From: Mobula hypostoma
Lineage: Eukaryota
Length of the DNA stretch: 64,000 bases
Assembly (NCBI RefSeq): GCF_963921235.1
Contig: NC_086097.1
Location: 18,664,001-18,728,000 of the forward strand
Direction: 5' to 3'
Shown here: piece by piece, positions 62,461 through 64,000 of the stretch
Layout: each line of letters starts with the position of its first letter
Numbering within the stretch: position 1 is the stretch's first letter
Made by a program: the position numbers and the translations under genes
The notes under the pieces: generated by a model
What the model was told of the DNA's origin: nothing
Database searches by the model: none
Seen by the model: the letters and a program-made list of their open reading frames with translations, nothing else

Positions 62461-63357
62461 ATGACTTTCACTTTGATAATGTCAGGGACACTGATCTTTA
62501 ACTTTACAGTGAAAGATACTGTAAAGTTGCAGGCGATATCAAGAAACAACGTCTTTCAGCAGGCGCTATCAGAGGACTGTGACTCTGAGTGGGTAACGAC
62601 AGTGCCCACCAGTGGTGTCAAGTTCAGAGTGGTGCTGGGAGAGACATCAGTGGAAGATAATATTCAGTGAATTATTTCAGATGACAGCACTGCTGTGAAT
62701 GAAATAATAGAGCAAAGCCTTTGCTGAATAAGTTCCCCAAACAGTACCCTGTGGTGAGCTGCTGAGCAGAATATCATTCCGTGAACGGTGTAAAAGAATA
62801 GTGATAACCCAGCTTCAAAGGATTGCAGAGGTACAATGGCAGCTAAGATCGTTCCTCTCATGTTTTATTTTGCTCTCTGCCTCATAAATATCAAGGTGGG
62901 TAATTTATCAAGAGCAGCTCCAAATTCAAGCAGGTAGACCAAGGTGAATAGTCCTACTGAAGTCCAACGTGCCGAACGAGAGCAAGAGCCAACATGGGAG
63001 TAAAGTCCATGAATAGCATGGAATAAATGTATACATGCTACTATGTGGTTAGGCCGGAGCAAGTATTAGGGGTGGGGGTCAGAGAGGTTGTTGGTGGTGG
63101 ACTTACATCATTTACCTCCTGTTACACAAAATTACCACCCTTGAAGTTGGACATAATATACATAATCCCACAGAAGGATAAAGATGTTATAATCCATGCA
63201 AATAAAGTGCATAGTGCATTAACTGCTCTTTGCCTTGCCTTGTTGTTGATGAAGCAGCTAAAGATAGTTGGTCTTACCTTGGGAAACCACCAATTAACCT
63301 CCAGCAACTACAACCATTTTCCTTTCTGTGACATATGACTCCATCCAGTAGAGTTCT

Positions 63358-63571
63358 TTGCTGGCTGGTGGCGTAGTGGCATCAGCGCCGGACTTCGGAG
63401 TGTAGGCTCCCGAGTTCGAATCCAGCTGGCTCCCTTGCACGCTTTCCATCTGTGCTGGGTTCAGTGTCAGCAACTCGGCCTTGTAAAAATAAGAAAGCCT
63501 GCTAAAAAAACGCTGTCATGACAGCGTCCTGATGACTCCAGTCAGAGTTATGGGCTTCTTCTTCTTCTTCT
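63358..63571 (+). mobile_element. tRNA-derived SINE with (ctt)n tail and 10-bp TSD
   Basis: A box tggcgtagtgg, B box gttcgaatcc; TSD gtagagttct at 63348-63357 and 63572-63581. Confidence 0.88.
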
Positions 63572-63769
63572 GTAGAGTTCTATACTCTGTTTCTATATTG
63601 ATCACACTTTTTCCAAAGCTCATTGATAGTCCTCAGTGGCTGATATGGTGTCAAGCTCAGAGTGATGCTACAAGACACATCAGTGGAAAATGATCTTCAG
63701 TGAATTATTTCAGATGACACCAATTCTAAATGCTGACTCCAGGAGTAATCACTCTCAGTTCATCTCCAT

Positions 63770-63945
63770 AGGGTGACATGGCAGCGTACTGTAAGTAGGG
63801 TGACACGGTTAGTGTAACACTTTATAGTGCCAGTGATCTGGGTTCAATTCCTGTTGCTGTCTGTAAGGAGTTTGTATGTTCTCCCCATGACCGTATGGGA
63901 TTTCTCTCACAAAGATGTACGGGTTAGGGTTAGTGGGTTGGGTGG
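63770..63945 (+). mobile_element. Internally deleted V-domain SINE
   Basis: gggttcaattcc B box followed by tgtaaggagtttgtatgttctcccc. Confidence 0.65.
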
Positions 63946-64000
63946 CCAGGTGGAGATATGGCTCTGCCAAAGGAGGTGTAAGGCACTCCTTCCCTCCGCT

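Noticed and set aside
63360..63432. tRNA gene (also 18290-18360)
   Set aside because: A/B boxes are present, but the sequence continues into a SINE body with tail and TSD and there is no convincing acceptor stem
63525..63555. CTGATGA as a second hammerhead or C/D box
   Set aside because: No downstream GAAA box or supporting stems
1..64000. Prokaryotic system (retron, DGR, defence island) suggested by the many RT ORFs
   Set aside because: All RTs are CR1, Rex1, L1, Nimb or Gypsy types in vertebrate-like repeat DNA with no operon structure

Overview
Eukaryotic, repeat-saturated intronic or intergenic DNA. The repeat mix (CR1/HER1-type LINEs, V-domain HE1-type SINEs, Rex1/Babar, Tc1, Penelope) points to a cartilaginous fish, probably a ray; this is an inference. 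No host protein-coding gene can be supported: every long ORF is transposon-derived or an artefact of tandem repeats. Main contents are three decayed Gypsy-type LTR elements, two solo LTRs, many CR1 and Rex1 LINE pieces, two Tc1 transposons, MITEs, SINEs, a 34-36 bp degenerate satellite and a 30-bp minisatellite with a ~510-bp higher-order repeat. A ~21 kb nested stack runs Rex1 > Tc1 > Nimb/I LINE > (L1, near-intact CR1, others). The most notable signal is a family of ~100-230 bp Penelope-derived units, about 12 copies. The least decayed copies carry a minimal type I hammerhead ribozyme motif. Their 5' ends and inversion junctions cluster at this motif, and one TSD-flanked copy starts exactly at the predicted cleavage site. 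Family assignments come from motif recognition only; boundaries without a TSD or TIR are approximate.
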